Positions 46,301 to 58,920 of a stretch of DNA of 64,000 nucleotides are shown in pieces (the first letter of the stretch is position 1; every line of letters begins with the position of its first letter). Origin of the DNA: Phoronis australis (taxonomy: Eukaryota > Animalia > Phoronida); NCBI GenBank assembly GCA_002633005.1, contig NMRA01000110.1, forward strand, positions 209,850-273,849. The letters are read 5' to 3'. The notes under the pieces are model-generated. The model worked only from the letters and a program-made list of their open reading frames with translations. It did not search any database and was not told the origin of the DNA. A program made the position numbers and the translations under genes.

Positions 46301-49300
46301 CTTAATTAATTGATAATTATTAACAATCTGAACATTGTGATGCACCTATACCAATCTCCCAGCCGCTCACCGTCGACTATTTGAAAAATTAAAACAAACA
46401 GTAGGCATCCTCCACAATTCTTAAAGCTCCGGGCTATAAACACTTTCCATGACAAAAAGCAACTTTTATACTTACATCATTTGGCGTCATTAAATTTCAG
46501 TTGGTGACCCCAAGCTTTTTTGTCACCTCAAAGGTGATTTCAGGCTTTTAAAAGTGACGTTTCGTTATTCTCCAGTTGATCAGGTTCTACAAAGTTGACT
46601 TTTCATGGGAAACTTGCGCCGAGCACTGTCCTAAGGATTACGAATTGTAAGATCTTGGAAAACTGAGAAAGCGCTTCTCATCCCAGTAAGGAACAAAGTC
46701 TGAATTAGAACGCGGGTTTATAGTCCGCTCTAAATTATACTGCTTCACTTTCTTAACGAAAATATAGAGTTCTTGTCCCTAGTTACATATTTTTCATCAA
46801 TAGATAAATGGCAGTCAAAAACAGGACGATTCGGTGGCCGAAGCGGCTAAAATTGAAATTAAACCAGTTTGTTGTATAATGAACATCTTTGATCCGGGTA
46901 CAAATAATCCCCAAAGCCGAGTATAATCACTTATTAGAATTTTTTCTGGGTCCGGAACCCACGCCCCCAATTAGTTTTAACGAATGAAATTCAAGAACAC
47001 CCAGCTCTGACAGTCCATGCGTACCCGGATGGAAGACGGCCGTGACTGATCTTTTCAGTGTATTACAGTAAAAGGATAAAGAACCCCGTTCTGGCCTATT
47101 AACAGAATGATGCTAAAACAACTTTACCACACAGTTCTCTGAAACAAAAGAATGCTCTGTTTTACCCTCGACAACCCTCAAACGTTTGGAGGTCAGTAAA
47201 TTTGAAAACTCCTTTCAAAGTCTGCTAAAATGTCAAGCGTGACTTACGCTTTTTAGTGAGTTACACGACTGTGTGAAAAGACCACCCGCCAAGGACCATA
47301 CAGTCCAATCTTTGACAGAAGGAGTTTTCAATTAATTCCTGCCTTTAACTTGGAAATTTGACGTCAATTGTGCATTAGCAGGTGATAGAACGAGGATTGG
47401 TGGAAATCATTAAAACAGGGTTCATTATCCTTTTAAGGAGGTGGATATTTTTATCTTGAGTATGCAACTTTTTCTGCAAGAGGAAGACAACTACTATAAA
47501 AATTGCTGTTGTTTTTTTCAAGCTTGCAGGCATGTGGAAACTACGGCGGCCCTAAGATGACATCGCGCTTTTCTTTTTTGATGAAGTCAAATAGATGTTG
47601 CAATGCCGTGCAGTTACCGACGAATAAAAATATAAAATAGTAAAACTAGTAAAACTAGTAAAACTAAAATGACGAGCGTCGGTACTAAAATATATCAAAA
47701 TACCCCCACGTATCTTTTTTAATCATCTCGCCATCTCGAAATTGCAACTTAATTCACACAGGGATCTAGAGATCCCAACTTGAATGTCATTCCACGAGAG
47801 CACCAATAAGGTTGACTCTAGGGTCACCGACTCAGATCTTGAAAAATTTGTCTGTATCATACATCCTGGTGGGATGTGTTAAAAATGTTTCATATTTGAA
47901 ATTTTTCGGGTCATTATATTTTAAGTAAGAGTATCATGAATAGTTTGGCCCAAAATGACGCGTTTTTTTTTTGGTTCAAAAAGATTCAGTTAGTGAAGTT
48001 GTTTTAAAACGGGTTAAAAGAACGGGAAAGAAAAAATATTTATAATCTTTATGTACATATTGAACTTCTCTATCAGAAGACAGTCTGAATTTTCAAAGGG
48101 GTTTCCGTTAACCTTCATTGAAATGCCAAAATCCGGTAAGTTTTGCCCAATTTTGTGTATTTGATTTTTAGCCATTTTTGAGGTGATCTGGGGGCCAGCT
48201 GCGGGGTACTGGTGATTCCAATATTTTTCACCTGCTCGCTGTCTGACTAAGAAAATAAAATAATGGGCTTTTTGTTTGTTTCCATCACTATGGCCAGTAT
48301 TCAGCTGTATCTTATAAAGGGACTTCATTATTTTTTTGCAAATATGCCTCTGTGGTGATCAAATTAGTCGACGTCAGTTTTTAGATACTTTGACTGGCCC
48401 CCTGGTAGCAGTTTTTAAAACTAAATTTTTGTTGAAATTTGGTCAAAACATTTCATCGAGGAAGCGATGGCACATGCAAGTTTGAGAACGACGTTTCAAT
48501 ATTAACCTAATTCTGTTACTACATTTTATTTTCTGTGTACCATTGTGCCTGATATGGAAACGTCGTTTACATGCTGCACTCTAGCGTCGTTTTTGGTTTC
48601 CACTTCTTACTTCTAATTTGGCCGAAAAGTAATATTATTTACATGCATGTTTTCGAATGAGTCTAACCTGTGCTGTCACACTGGTGACAGTTTTAGCATT
48701 TTGGAAACCGCTCATACGTCGAACCCGACGTGCCCCCCACGTCAGCTGCTGCCCTGGTAACGTTCACCTTATTACCAGATGATCATTCCATAAAAATATA
48801 TTAAGTCCTATAATCTGAGTTTAGTCATATTTACAGGACGGCTGATGTTGTTACTTGTCACACTCCCACCGGAGATAAAAATGACATCTCTAAAAATATT
48901 GGACTCACAGCTTTCAAAATTTTCATTGTAGCTAAGGCTTAGCCATGTGCTCTCAGTTCAAGTTAATACGCAAACTAAAATGATCCTAACAGCCTTTTGC
49001 CACAGTAAGTAACCTACAATGTAATTTGGAGACTTTTAGCAATGCAGACTAGAGTTTGACAACCATGATAATAAGTAATATAAAGCTATAAGGCAGAAAA
49101 ATTCAAGTAAGCTTTACGCTTTATAATCCAAGTGTAACCCATTTCTGTAAATCCTGTTGTGAAACATACTTATAACTTTAAACAGCAGTTGACTTTCAAG
49201 CAAAAACGATTTTAAAGCAATTTCAATAGAATTTAGCTGTGTGCAAGGTCAATTGGATGGGCACTTCACATTGAAAGAAATAGAAGATTCACAACAGTTA

Positions 49301-50423
49301 GGGCAGAAGCACCTGAAAACTGTACAAAACCGCTTTGTGTAGCAGTGTGTCTACAAATGTATGATGACATTGTAGCCGGTTGAACATACCTTTCAGTTCA
49401 AAATGGTCGCCATGTTGTCCAACGTGAATTGTGAACGCCTTAACCACTATATAAGTTACACCTGCGTGATTTAATTCTGGTGTAAACTCTTGGATTGTAC
49501 AGAATGGTAGGTACGGATACAGCATGTATGTAAATTTTACAGCTAGAATATTTGTGAAAATAACGTTTAAACACTTTAAATCCGTAGCCTATTTTATTTG
49601 GTAGTCCTCATGTCCCACTTCTTAATCCCATTATGTGTTTTCTCTCAATGCTTGCCGCTTGTTTTTTATATTGGAAATTTGCTCATGTTCTTCATAGACC
49701 TTTGAAGGCCTACAGGTAAAAAACTAATAGGTCAATAGGTGCAAAATTGGTGACTTTGTACCAGAGCCACACCATGATCACATACACAAAATTTAAGCTG
49801 AGTCTGGAAGATGACCCCAAGAGTAATTTTTTGATATCTGTTGATTTTCTCTCGTGGAATGGCTCCGCTTTAAATCTGCCGTTAGAATTCAGTTCGTAAC
49901 AAAAGTTGTGGCCCGGACGACAATTTATATCGAACTCTTCTGTAGTCAGAGTTTTCTGCATGAATTGCCTCCAAAGGCACAAATTGTCGCCTGGTAGACA
50001 ATTTATGTGGTTGTCGGCATTTTATGTAGGACAGGTCCCCTGTAATGAACGATTTGTGTCATTGGTCCCCTGTCTGTGCTGCCGTCTGTCGGCGTGGCTG
50101 GCATATTTGTCGCTTTTGTTAACCTTGTTATTACCTTGACCCACGTAAACAATGAGGTTTTATGAATCAAGATTGTGTTCGACCAGCTATGACCATCACA
50201 AGACAAGTATTTATTCTCCTATGTTGAAATATGACATATACAGGTAGAAATCACCCCTGAAAAACATGCGTGGGAAAACGCGTGGAATTAGGCCTGTTGC
50301 ATTGCTTACGGTACTGTGCTAATAGTAGTTTACAACTCTGCACTCCGCGCGGCCATCGATGGCATTGCCTTTTGGCATTGGCATTGCAATTACATGGCCG
50401 TGCAAAGCAGTGCCCAAAGCGGC

Positions 50424-50513
50424 AGTGGTCCCTGATTTTGAGAACAAGTTTTATCTACTGAATAATGGGCCTGTTATTCAGTGATTGCCTGGTTCTCAAA
50501 ATCCGGGACCGCT
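50424..50513. repeat. ~90-bp loop-less palindrome (mini-MITE-like)
   Basis: agtggtccctgattttgagaac...actgaataatgggc/ctgttattcagt...gttctcaaaatccgggaccgct. Confidence 0.8.
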
Positions 50514-50796
50514 ATATCCGACCAGTGCCTGATGAGAAAAAATAACCAAATGAAATCTGACATTCAAAAACGATACTCTTCCTTGAGTAAACTAAATTTT
50601 TTGATTGGTATTGGAAAAATTTGGCATTTTCTGTTGCTAAAATTGTGAGTGCGATCTTTTGTGTCGGTTTTACTTTGAGCGCCATGAAATATTGCATAAC
50701 CTATTGGCCAGTTTCCTTTTTCCCCCGATTCTTCAATCAAGTGTTTTTCTCTTCCATGAGGTTGCAAACATGTCACAACAAATTATGGAAACTGGT

Positions 50797-51010
50797 TTCT
50801 TTTTGTTACAGCAAACCGAATTTCTGAACAAATTTTGCTGCTGTAAAGCTGTCATCATTGCTCAAGAGATGTAAAATTTTAGGAAATGGCACACTTTTCT
50901 TTGTTGCAGCAAACCGAATTTGAGAACAAATTTTGCTGCTGCAAATCTGTCATCATTTCTCAAGAGATGTCGTAAAATTTTGGGAAATGGCACTCTTTTC
51001 TTTGTTACAA
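50797..51010 (+). repeat. ~100-bp tandem duplication
   Basis: cagcaaaccgaattt..gaacaaattttgctgctg..ctcaagagatgt..aaaatttt.ggaaatggcac occurs twice. Confidence 0.9.
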
Positions 51011-51175
51011 AAGGCAGAGAAATATGCAAGAAAATGACTTTTAATAGATTGTTCTTTACTTAAGCAGCTGCAATGAGGAAGGTGAGTGTTGGTTAACTCC
51101 TAGATTTTGCATGCACTTATTGGTCGTTAGCTCTACATTTTGATATAAGTTTCTCAATCAGGTGACGAGTAGAAC

Positions 51176-51629
51176 CAGGCCTTTATCCAGGATTTCGAAA
51201 ATAGGGTGTCCAAAATGGGGTTCCCAATATTCCAGGGCGTCCATGATTCCGACACCTAACCCCCCACCACCAGCAATCCCCCCAAACACGCAGATTATTT
51301 TTTACATCTAAGTTTACAAAACAGCTTTCTGAAGTGAGCATTTTTACTAAAAAAACGTGCAGACCAAGACTTTTACAATGCTATCAACCAAGTGTGAGCA
51401 TAGCAACATTGTATATACATTGTATATTTCTTCCTGCTTTGAAAAAAGAGCCACCACTGTGAGTCTTTATAGGCTTCCTAGTAATCATTACAATGTGTGT
51501 GTCCAAACTTGAAAGGTTCCTATTGATAGTGGGCGTCCAAATGATACATTGTGCATCCTTGCCAGGGCATCCATATTAGTGCCTGGGCGTCCAAATGGAC
51601 GCCCAGGACGTACGCTGCATAAAGGCCTG
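51176..51629. mobile_element. 454-bp hAT-type MITE with 8-bp TSD
   Basis: AGTAGAAC|CAGGCCTTTATCCAG ... CTGCATAAAGGCCTG|AGTAGAAC; internal gggcgtcca subrepeats. Confidence 0.93.
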
Positions 51630-51683
51630 AGTAGAACCACCCAGGCTGTCTGGATTTTTGGAGTCTAACGAGCTTAACACAAG

Positions 51684-51846
51684 GTGGTACCTAGCTGTAT
51701 TTTGCCAATTATCATCATACTAGTTGGCTGGCTTAGTGGTACCTAGCTATATTTTGACGATAGTCGTCAATCTCGTCATACTAACTGGCTGGTTAAGTGG
51801 TACCTAGCTGTATTTTGCCGATAGTCGTCGTACAATTTGGCTGGCT
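51684..51846 (+). repeat. ~52-60-bp degenerate repeat x3
   Basis: gtggtacctagct(g/a)tattttg...tggctgg units. Confidence 0.85.
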
Positions 51847-53859
51847 ACTGTAGGCAGTATTTTCTGCTACTTCTAAGTGTATCTGAAAATTTGATGGTCT
51901 TGAAGCAAAATCTGAGAAATAAATGACATCCATTTGGATCCCATTACAATGTATTCAACGTCCATTGTTTGATGCATTGCTATTTCCTCATTTTGATTTT
52001 ACAGGGAGAGGGCTCAATTTAGACTCCCAATTGGGCACAAAGTTCAGGATCACATAAAATAGTTTTTAAAGTTGCAGCATTAATGACATCATCTGAATGA
52101 TCTGACAAACCTCCATATTGTTTCTTTATTCATTTTTAGCGAAGTCAGATCTCAGTAGTGCTCGTGGGTGTGTCATGTTAAGACGACTGAGATACTAAAA
52201 GTTGCATTTACATGAGAGACAGCTGTCACGGAGCACCTGACACGGAACATCTGATTGGGTGCGAGTGTGTGTGTAGACATGGCTGACACAGAGCAAGTTG
52301 AAACTGTTGCGACCATTTTTGACACCGGTTTGAAAGGTAGAGTGAGTTGCACTTGATCAGTTGCTTCAGTTTTTAAAACTTGACGTCTAAACACAACTGG
52401 GGCAGAGCGGAAAGTGACCATCTTTCAGTGTGCTTGCGCAACAGCGTATATTCGGGTGATCCGCTGGCTTTCCACATAGTTTGGACTTTCACTATTTTTT
52501 ATGTGAACATGCGCAGACAGTCTTTATGTTAGTAACTCATGCTGATCTTATGTGTAAATGTGACTGAAGTGGAGCAAGTCGCCGTGACAACTGTGTAAAA
52601 GCGGCTAAACTCTTCAGTGTGTTTGCACCAGGTTTTTCCATCTGCAGTGAATCATGAATACAATGCATTGCTATCATCAGAATGCGTTTCTTATGTAATA
52701 TTGTTGCAAACAGTGTTATTGTTCTACCAGCAAATGAAAACACAAATTAAAGCTGCACTTTATCAACTTTGTTGATGGGCTGTTCTACAAAATTTCAATA
52801 TTGTGACTAAAAAGCAACTAATTGTAGTTTTGTCTTGTTGTTTAATCAACGTATTATCAGAGGTTGTAATTTCCTGACATACTGTTTAGGACCATGACTA
52901 AGTAGGGCACTGTGTGAGTTCACCATCAGGCAAGTCAAAGCCTGGGGACAGTTTATCTTAATGCATTAAATTAGCGTTTGATTTCAAACTGTTATTGTGA
53001 GACCTGAGAGGTGAGCACCTGTAACAATGTGTGGTCTCTCCCGCTGATGTTGTGGGAATCCTCATAGGGTGGAACACTAGCAGTAAGGTATATGAACTGT
53101 ATTCAGTGTGTTATGATGGAACAGTAAACATGGCCAGGAGTGTTCCTGTTTGAGTCCACCTTTCTTTTGCTTGTCCTTGGACAGCAGAAATAGTTGAGGC
53201 TCCTCCCATTCCACATTCCATTACATCTGTACGGTTGTGGTCTTTCACCATAGTAAACCCACTCTTTAAGAGCCTCAGTATAACTGTGTGAATGGCCCTG
53301 GTTTTGTTTATATATTGGCGAGTATAATGACAGAAGTCTATCATTATCCAACTCTCAAGTTGTTGAGTTGCAGCCCCTGTCTACTGGCGGGTCAAACAGG
53401 ATGAGTCACGGTTATATTGGGATGAAGATCTGGTAATTGAGTTCATCATTATACTTTCTGCAAAATTTTAGGTCCTTGGTTTCTAAACATGATGGACCAG
53501 TAGTGGTGGGTAGTGCATTCTTTCTGTGTTGTCATGTGTTTTGATTGTTGGGAACATTTTGTCAAAGAGGAGAGCTAACTTTTAAGGCACTCAAAGCATT
53601 TTTCTCCAGATGAAAACCATAAATATAGATGTATTCAAATATAGATGTATTCATCATGGTGTACATGGCATACACCTTCACTTGCCTTGTATTCATCACT
53701 GTCTTCATTGCACGCTGTGCTTTGAAAGATGGTGAAAGGATGACTTTAAAATTATACAATCTCATTGTTTATTACTTGTTTTTTGTTTGACTAATTTTTC
53801 TTAGACTATTTTTCTACATTGTGTTCGTTTCATAAGATGTCTTCCTTTTATTACTTCAG

Positions 53860-53899
53860 GATCCAGTTCCCAGTTGGCCATCATTCAACCAGATCCTAG
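53860..53899 (+). other. Candidate 40-nt 5' UTR exon of the downstream gene
   Basis: cttccttttattacttcag acceptor and TAG|gtaaga donor; a further donor AAG|gtgagt at 51082 and an acceptor ctttcag ending at 54597. Confidence 0.45.
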
Positions 53900-54685
53900 G
53901 TAAGAATAACTGACCGCCATACTACACACCATGAGTGGGGGTGTAACACTTTGTCTCACCCCTCCCTGCTGCTTACTGTTTTGCTTAACAATTTCGTTGT
54001 TCTTTTAACCCTCACCTAGTGGCACCTAGTGCCCATTTGCTGAACTAATTCAACCAATTGCAGGCTCTAAGTTTTGTCCTTGCCAGAGACAAAAAATGTG
54101 AAATCTGCTCCCCAGTGGTATCTCGGCAAAAGTCTAAGCTCCTTTGTCTCATAATGGTCCTCACAGTGTGTCTTGTCCCCTGCTGTGTGTCTCACCCCCT
54201 GTGGTGGTGTAAGTTTATCGGGAGTTCCAAATGTGATTCGCCACCTTATTAAGATCTTGTGTCTGTCTTCGGTTAGAATATGGCTATCCAAGATCATATG
54301 GCCAGAGATGTAAATTTACATTAGCTCTCTGTAATTGCAATGTTATCCAATCACTTTTGACCCTAACTCAATTTCTGAATGAAGATTAAGAAGGGCTGTT
54401 TGTTATCTTGTGTTGAGATGTTTGCCGATTGGCTACAAGGAGAGGTCAAGTGGGATGGATATTTAAGGACTTCACTGGCAAATTTTCATTCTGGACAACA
54501 AATCTGAAGGGGGATTCGTTGGCAGGATCGAATGCTCCAAGTAAACTTGATGATTCGATTTTTAGCATTTGTAATGTTTGAAAATAATCACTTTCAGGAA
54601 TTTTTTGATAATGACATCACTGATGTGGTGATGATTAAACTACTTCATGGACGTAAATGTAGAGTGAAGGAATGATTGTACTACA

Positions 54686-55045
54686 ATGAGACTGTTGGGT
54701 ACAAGACTGTTGCTACCAATGTCGCTTCGCAGAATCACCATCCTTATTGGCGTCATGGTAACAATTTCCACAGTGATCACTATCCATGTCCTGAAAAATA
54801 TACCAATACACCACGAATTGAATGGCTATAAGGTAAAATCTGAAGGAAATTTACCTGAGAATGCTGACTCAGACAACCGCCAATGGCAGTTCAGTAATAA
54901 AGGTGGAGATGGCAATGTGAACAGCAGTGACGGTGCTCGGGTGACGAGGAATTCAAGTATGGTGATGGCTAGGTCAAGGTCAACTGGTCCCGGAACACCT
55001 GAGCCATCCGACATGTGGATTGTTATTGACCGGAAGATGAAGCAG
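54686..55045 (+). CDS. First coding exon (120 codons) of an unidentified type II membrane protein, Golgi glycosyltransferase/sulfotransferase/kinase-like topology
   Basis: Short basic tail (MSLRR), hydrophobic ITILIGVMVTISTVITIHVL, polar stem with NSS sequons, CAG|gtgagt donor at 55046. Confidence 0.7.
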
Positions 55046-55589
55046 GTGAGTGATTTATCTGAACCTGACAGTCAAGAAAATCACTTTGTAAGAACTGCAG
55101 GTGTGGGTCCAGGTATTTGAGTTGGGAATCAGTATCACTAACCTGTAAAAGTACATCAAATCAGTTCTACTACAATCATGCATGCGCATCATGCCACATG
55201 TTTTAGAAAGCACCTTGACCAACTATTCTGTTCTAGCCTTAAAGAAACTAGATGAAACTTAAAACAATCTTTAGGCCTTCAAACTTACAAGACAAAACCA
55301 CATTCCTTTGATTTTGAGGCAGTACTCTCATGTTTGCCATCTTTAGACGTTGTTTTGTCAAGCGCAATAGTAAAAACCATCACATTTTGTAAGTATTAGG
55401 CACTGTGATATTAAACCCATGTTCAAAGGCACCTCCTTCAACATCCAGTATTTTGTTACTTGAATGCCCCTGGAGTGGTAACATTGTTTCATCAAAATGA
55501 GCCATTAAACATCTGAGGTGACTGACCATTTTAAACATCATCATCACAAGTAGGGGCCTGTCCTGTCCTTAGTTTGAGGGGACTGGCCG

Positions 55590-55995
55590 GGAGTGCCTGA
55601 TTACAGGGGGCTGTGTATAAACGTATCAGAAGCAGCTTCCCTGCTATCTTTAGGCTGACTGACTTCCAAGTGCCTTGATTACATGGGGCATTCTTAGTTT
55701 AAACACCCTCAGAAGTAGGGGCATTGATATAGGGTGACTGTAACTGGCCCTCCTGATTGCCTTGATTAAATGGAATGATCTAATCGTTGTCAGACCTAGG
55801 GCCTCTCCCATCCTTGACATGTCTTGCTTCTACAGCCTTGATTACACAACATTCATCACTGAGTGCCTGCATTACATGGGGAATTCTATAAGCATCATCA
55901 GAAGCAGGGTCCCTGATGTGTCCTTAATATATATATCCTTAATGTGAAATGACTGTGGCTCTGTGATTGGATTACATGCCATTCTAAACATCCTG
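55590..55995 (+). repeat. Degenerate tandem repeats (ccttgattacatggggca / catcagaagcag cores)
   Basis: Recurring tgattac and atcagaagcag motifs with irregular period. Confidence 0.55.
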
Positions 55996-56341
55996 TTGGC
56001 TAATGTGCTCAACATTTATCCAATTGAGAAGTGTGACAGGAATGTCAAACACTTGTAAATGTTGTCTCACAGCTCTCTCTTGTTTATTTTAACTCTGTAG
56101 CTTCATGGTCTTGATCCATCAACACTTTGTAGCCAAAATGTCCTCTACTAGTTTCTGGGTGGCCCCTCTACAAATAACTATTGGTTTGATAAAATTGGAG
56201 TTCCTTTTTTCCTTCACTGTTGTCCAATAGCCATATCCAATTTGCTAATTAGCTAATTAAACCAAATCTGCTTATTTGTTGATACTCTTTTGAGTTTGGA
56301 TCTGACCATATCGAGTAATGGAGCAGACTAAACACTGAACT

Positions 56342-57272
56342 GTTCGATAAAATAGTTTACCCCTCTCTGTGTAGGGCGCTGAGATATGGGGCTTTAAGGA
56401 ATATGAACAATTGGAAAATGTACATTTCAAGTTTTGTAAACGCATTTTAGGAGTAGGCAGTTGTTGTTCAAACTCGGCAATTATGGGAGAATGTGGTCGA
56501 TTCCCATTGTGTACAAAATATTTTGTTTCTTGTATAAAATACTGGTTCAAAATACTGGAGATGCCTAGTAATCGTGAGGTAAAAGCTGCATATGATATGC
56601 TTTTCAGTCAGACCTGATCGGAAGATCCTCCTATAATTGGGCAAGATTTGTAAGGAAACTTCTATCTTGGTATGGTTTTTCAGAAGTATGGATTAATCAG
56701 GGTGTGGCAAATCAAGCGTATTTCTTGACTGTTTTTTCTCAACGTGTCTACGACTGTTTTTTGCAAGGTTGGCAATCTGATATCGAATGTAACGCAAAAC
56801 TGCCTTACTATGTGGGGTACAAAACAATGTATCATCTTGAGAATTATCTAGAAATGGTTGGTATCCCACGTGTTTTTATCCAGTCTCTGACTCGATTGCG
56901 ATGTTCAAATCATTCGTTACTAGTGGAAAGAGGTCGCCACACAAATATTCCCTATGAAAACAGGTTGTGTGAGTTATGTAATTCTGGGTGTGTAGAGTAC
57001 GAATACCACTTTGTATTAGTTTGTAGTGCATACCAAAACCTTCAGGTTAAGTACTTAAGTGATCGTTTTTGTCATTCTCCCACGACATCTAAATTTGTTT
57101 CTCTCATGAGAACTCCAGATAGCCTACTTATTAAATTCATCCATCACGCTCTCAAGCGTCATAATGTATTATCCAGTTTCAGTGAAACGTGGCACCTAAC
57201 AATGTTCTGTCTTGTACATGATATACTTGGGGCCTATGGCTATGTGTATATGTCTCAATAAATCAATTTTAA
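56342..57272 (+). mobile_element. 5'-truncated non-LTR retrotransposon (RTE-X-like ORF2 C-terminus), frameshifted, 13-bp TSD
   Basis: GAEIWG, VHFKFCKRILGV, GECGRFPL, IKYW, LRCSNHSLLVERGR, C..C....E.EYHF...C..Y zinc knuckle; AATAAA at 57257; TSD taaacactgaact at 56329-56341 and 57273-57285. Confidence 0.9.
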
Positions 57273-57344
57273 TAAACACTGAACTTCATGATCGATACAA
57301 AAATGCATTTTTATCTTTGAAAATGTAGGTCGACTACCGTCTGT

Positions 57345-57645
57345 CATTGTTTTGTGGTGAGGGAGATGGAAGTTTGTAACAACATCATTTGATGTTTTGT
57401 GGTGAGGTATGGGAGTTTGCTACAACATCATTTGATGTTTTGTAGTGAGGTATGGGAGTTAGTTACTTTTTTCTCAGCTCCTGGCCCACTCACTCTGCTT
57501 ACGACATGGGCACTGACTGGTGTGTATATAGGTCCTGTGTTGGACATGGACACTGACTGGTGTGTATATAGGCCCTGTGTTGGACATTGACACTGACTGG
57601 TGTGTATATAGGCCCTGTGTTGGACATGGACACTGACTGGTGTGT
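57345..57645 (+). repeat. Two short tandem arrays (~44-bp x2-3 and 41-bp x3-4)
   Basis: acaacatcatttgatgttttgt(g/a)gtgaggtatgggagtt and gacatggacactgactggtgtgtatataggccctgtgttg units. Confidence 0.85.
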
Positions 57646-58149
57646 TTACTTCATACCTAAACAATGTGGATCTGTGACCCTTTGAACATGTTTGTCTGCT
57701 GTGGGAATGTTGCAAACCAAGGGTGATCAGATGACTCACTACTTCTGAAGAACTGTCAAAATAATATTTTAGGTGTAAGGTTTCAAAGTTTGTTTATAAT
57801 TGGCATTATAAGCTGTAACATCTGTTTACAATCTGAGCCTTGATACTGGACCAGACAAATTATATCCCAGCTGGCTAACATGTATAGTGTTTGACCAAGC
57901 TGCATCGCCAAGCAGCTATATGAGCCTTCCATTGCAAAACCAATGTTTGATTTAAAACCCTTCCATAATGAAATTGGTCTCAAAATGGAAATGATTTGAA
58001 TGTTTTTAAACACCTAGAGTTTGCTTAGGATTAGGATCCACCTGTTGGCAACATTCACAAATTATTCTATGCATACTGCATAGTCTGAACAAATAACTGC
58101 AGGCCTCAATCAAAGTTTCACGTGTTGGAAGAACATGGGTAATGTTGAC

Positions 58150-58590
58150 ATGATTACCTGTTGTGTTGGAGGATTGTGGGTAAAGTTGGCTTGATTACTT
58201 GTTGTGTTAGAGAGTTGTGGTTATGATTACCTGTTGTGTTAGATGATCGTGGGTATGATTACCTATTGTGTTAGAGAATCGTGGGTATGATTATCTGTTG
58301 TGTTGGAGGATCGTGGCTATGATTATTTGTTGTGTTGGAGAATCGTGGGTATGATTATCTATTGTGTTGGAGGATCGTGGCTATGATTATCTGTTGTGTT
58401 GGAGGATCGTGGGTATGATTATCTATTGTGTTGGAGGATCGTGGGTATGATTATTTGTTGTGTTGGAGGATCGTGGCTATGATTACCTATTTTGTTAGAG
58501 GATCGTGGGTATGATTATCAGTTGTGTTGGAGGATTGTGGGTATGGTTACCTATTGTGCTGGAGGATCGTGGGTAATGTTGGCGTGATTG
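58150..58590 (+). repeat. 32-bp minisatellite, ~13 copies (atgattatctgttgtgttggaggatcgtgggt)
   Basis: Period 32 (58255, 58287 ...). Confidence 0.93.
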
Positions 58591-58770
58591 CCTCTTGAAC
58601 TACTGACTGAGTAAACCATATGTTTCGGTGTTCCAAACAACTTTCTTCGCTATCGCATTTACTCTTTCAAAGCAACAATAATCCTCAGAATTTTATCTTA
58701 AAACTGTCAAACTGACTTTGTCAAATGACATCTTCCCAATTCTTTTAAGTTTGCGGCAAGGCAACAGTAG

Positions 58771-58920
58771 CTCTGTGACGCTGCACTCTCTTTTCTTTAC
58801 ATGACACTGTGCCATGTGTCTCTGTGACGCTGCACTCTCTTTTCTTTACATGACACTGTGCCATGTGTCTCTGTGACGCTGCACACTCTTTTCTTTACAT
58901 GGCACTGTGCCATGTGTCTC
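58771..58920 (+). repeat. 49-bp tandem repeat x3
   Basis: ctctgtgacgctgcactctcttttctttacatgacactgtgccatgtgt. Confidence 0.95.
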
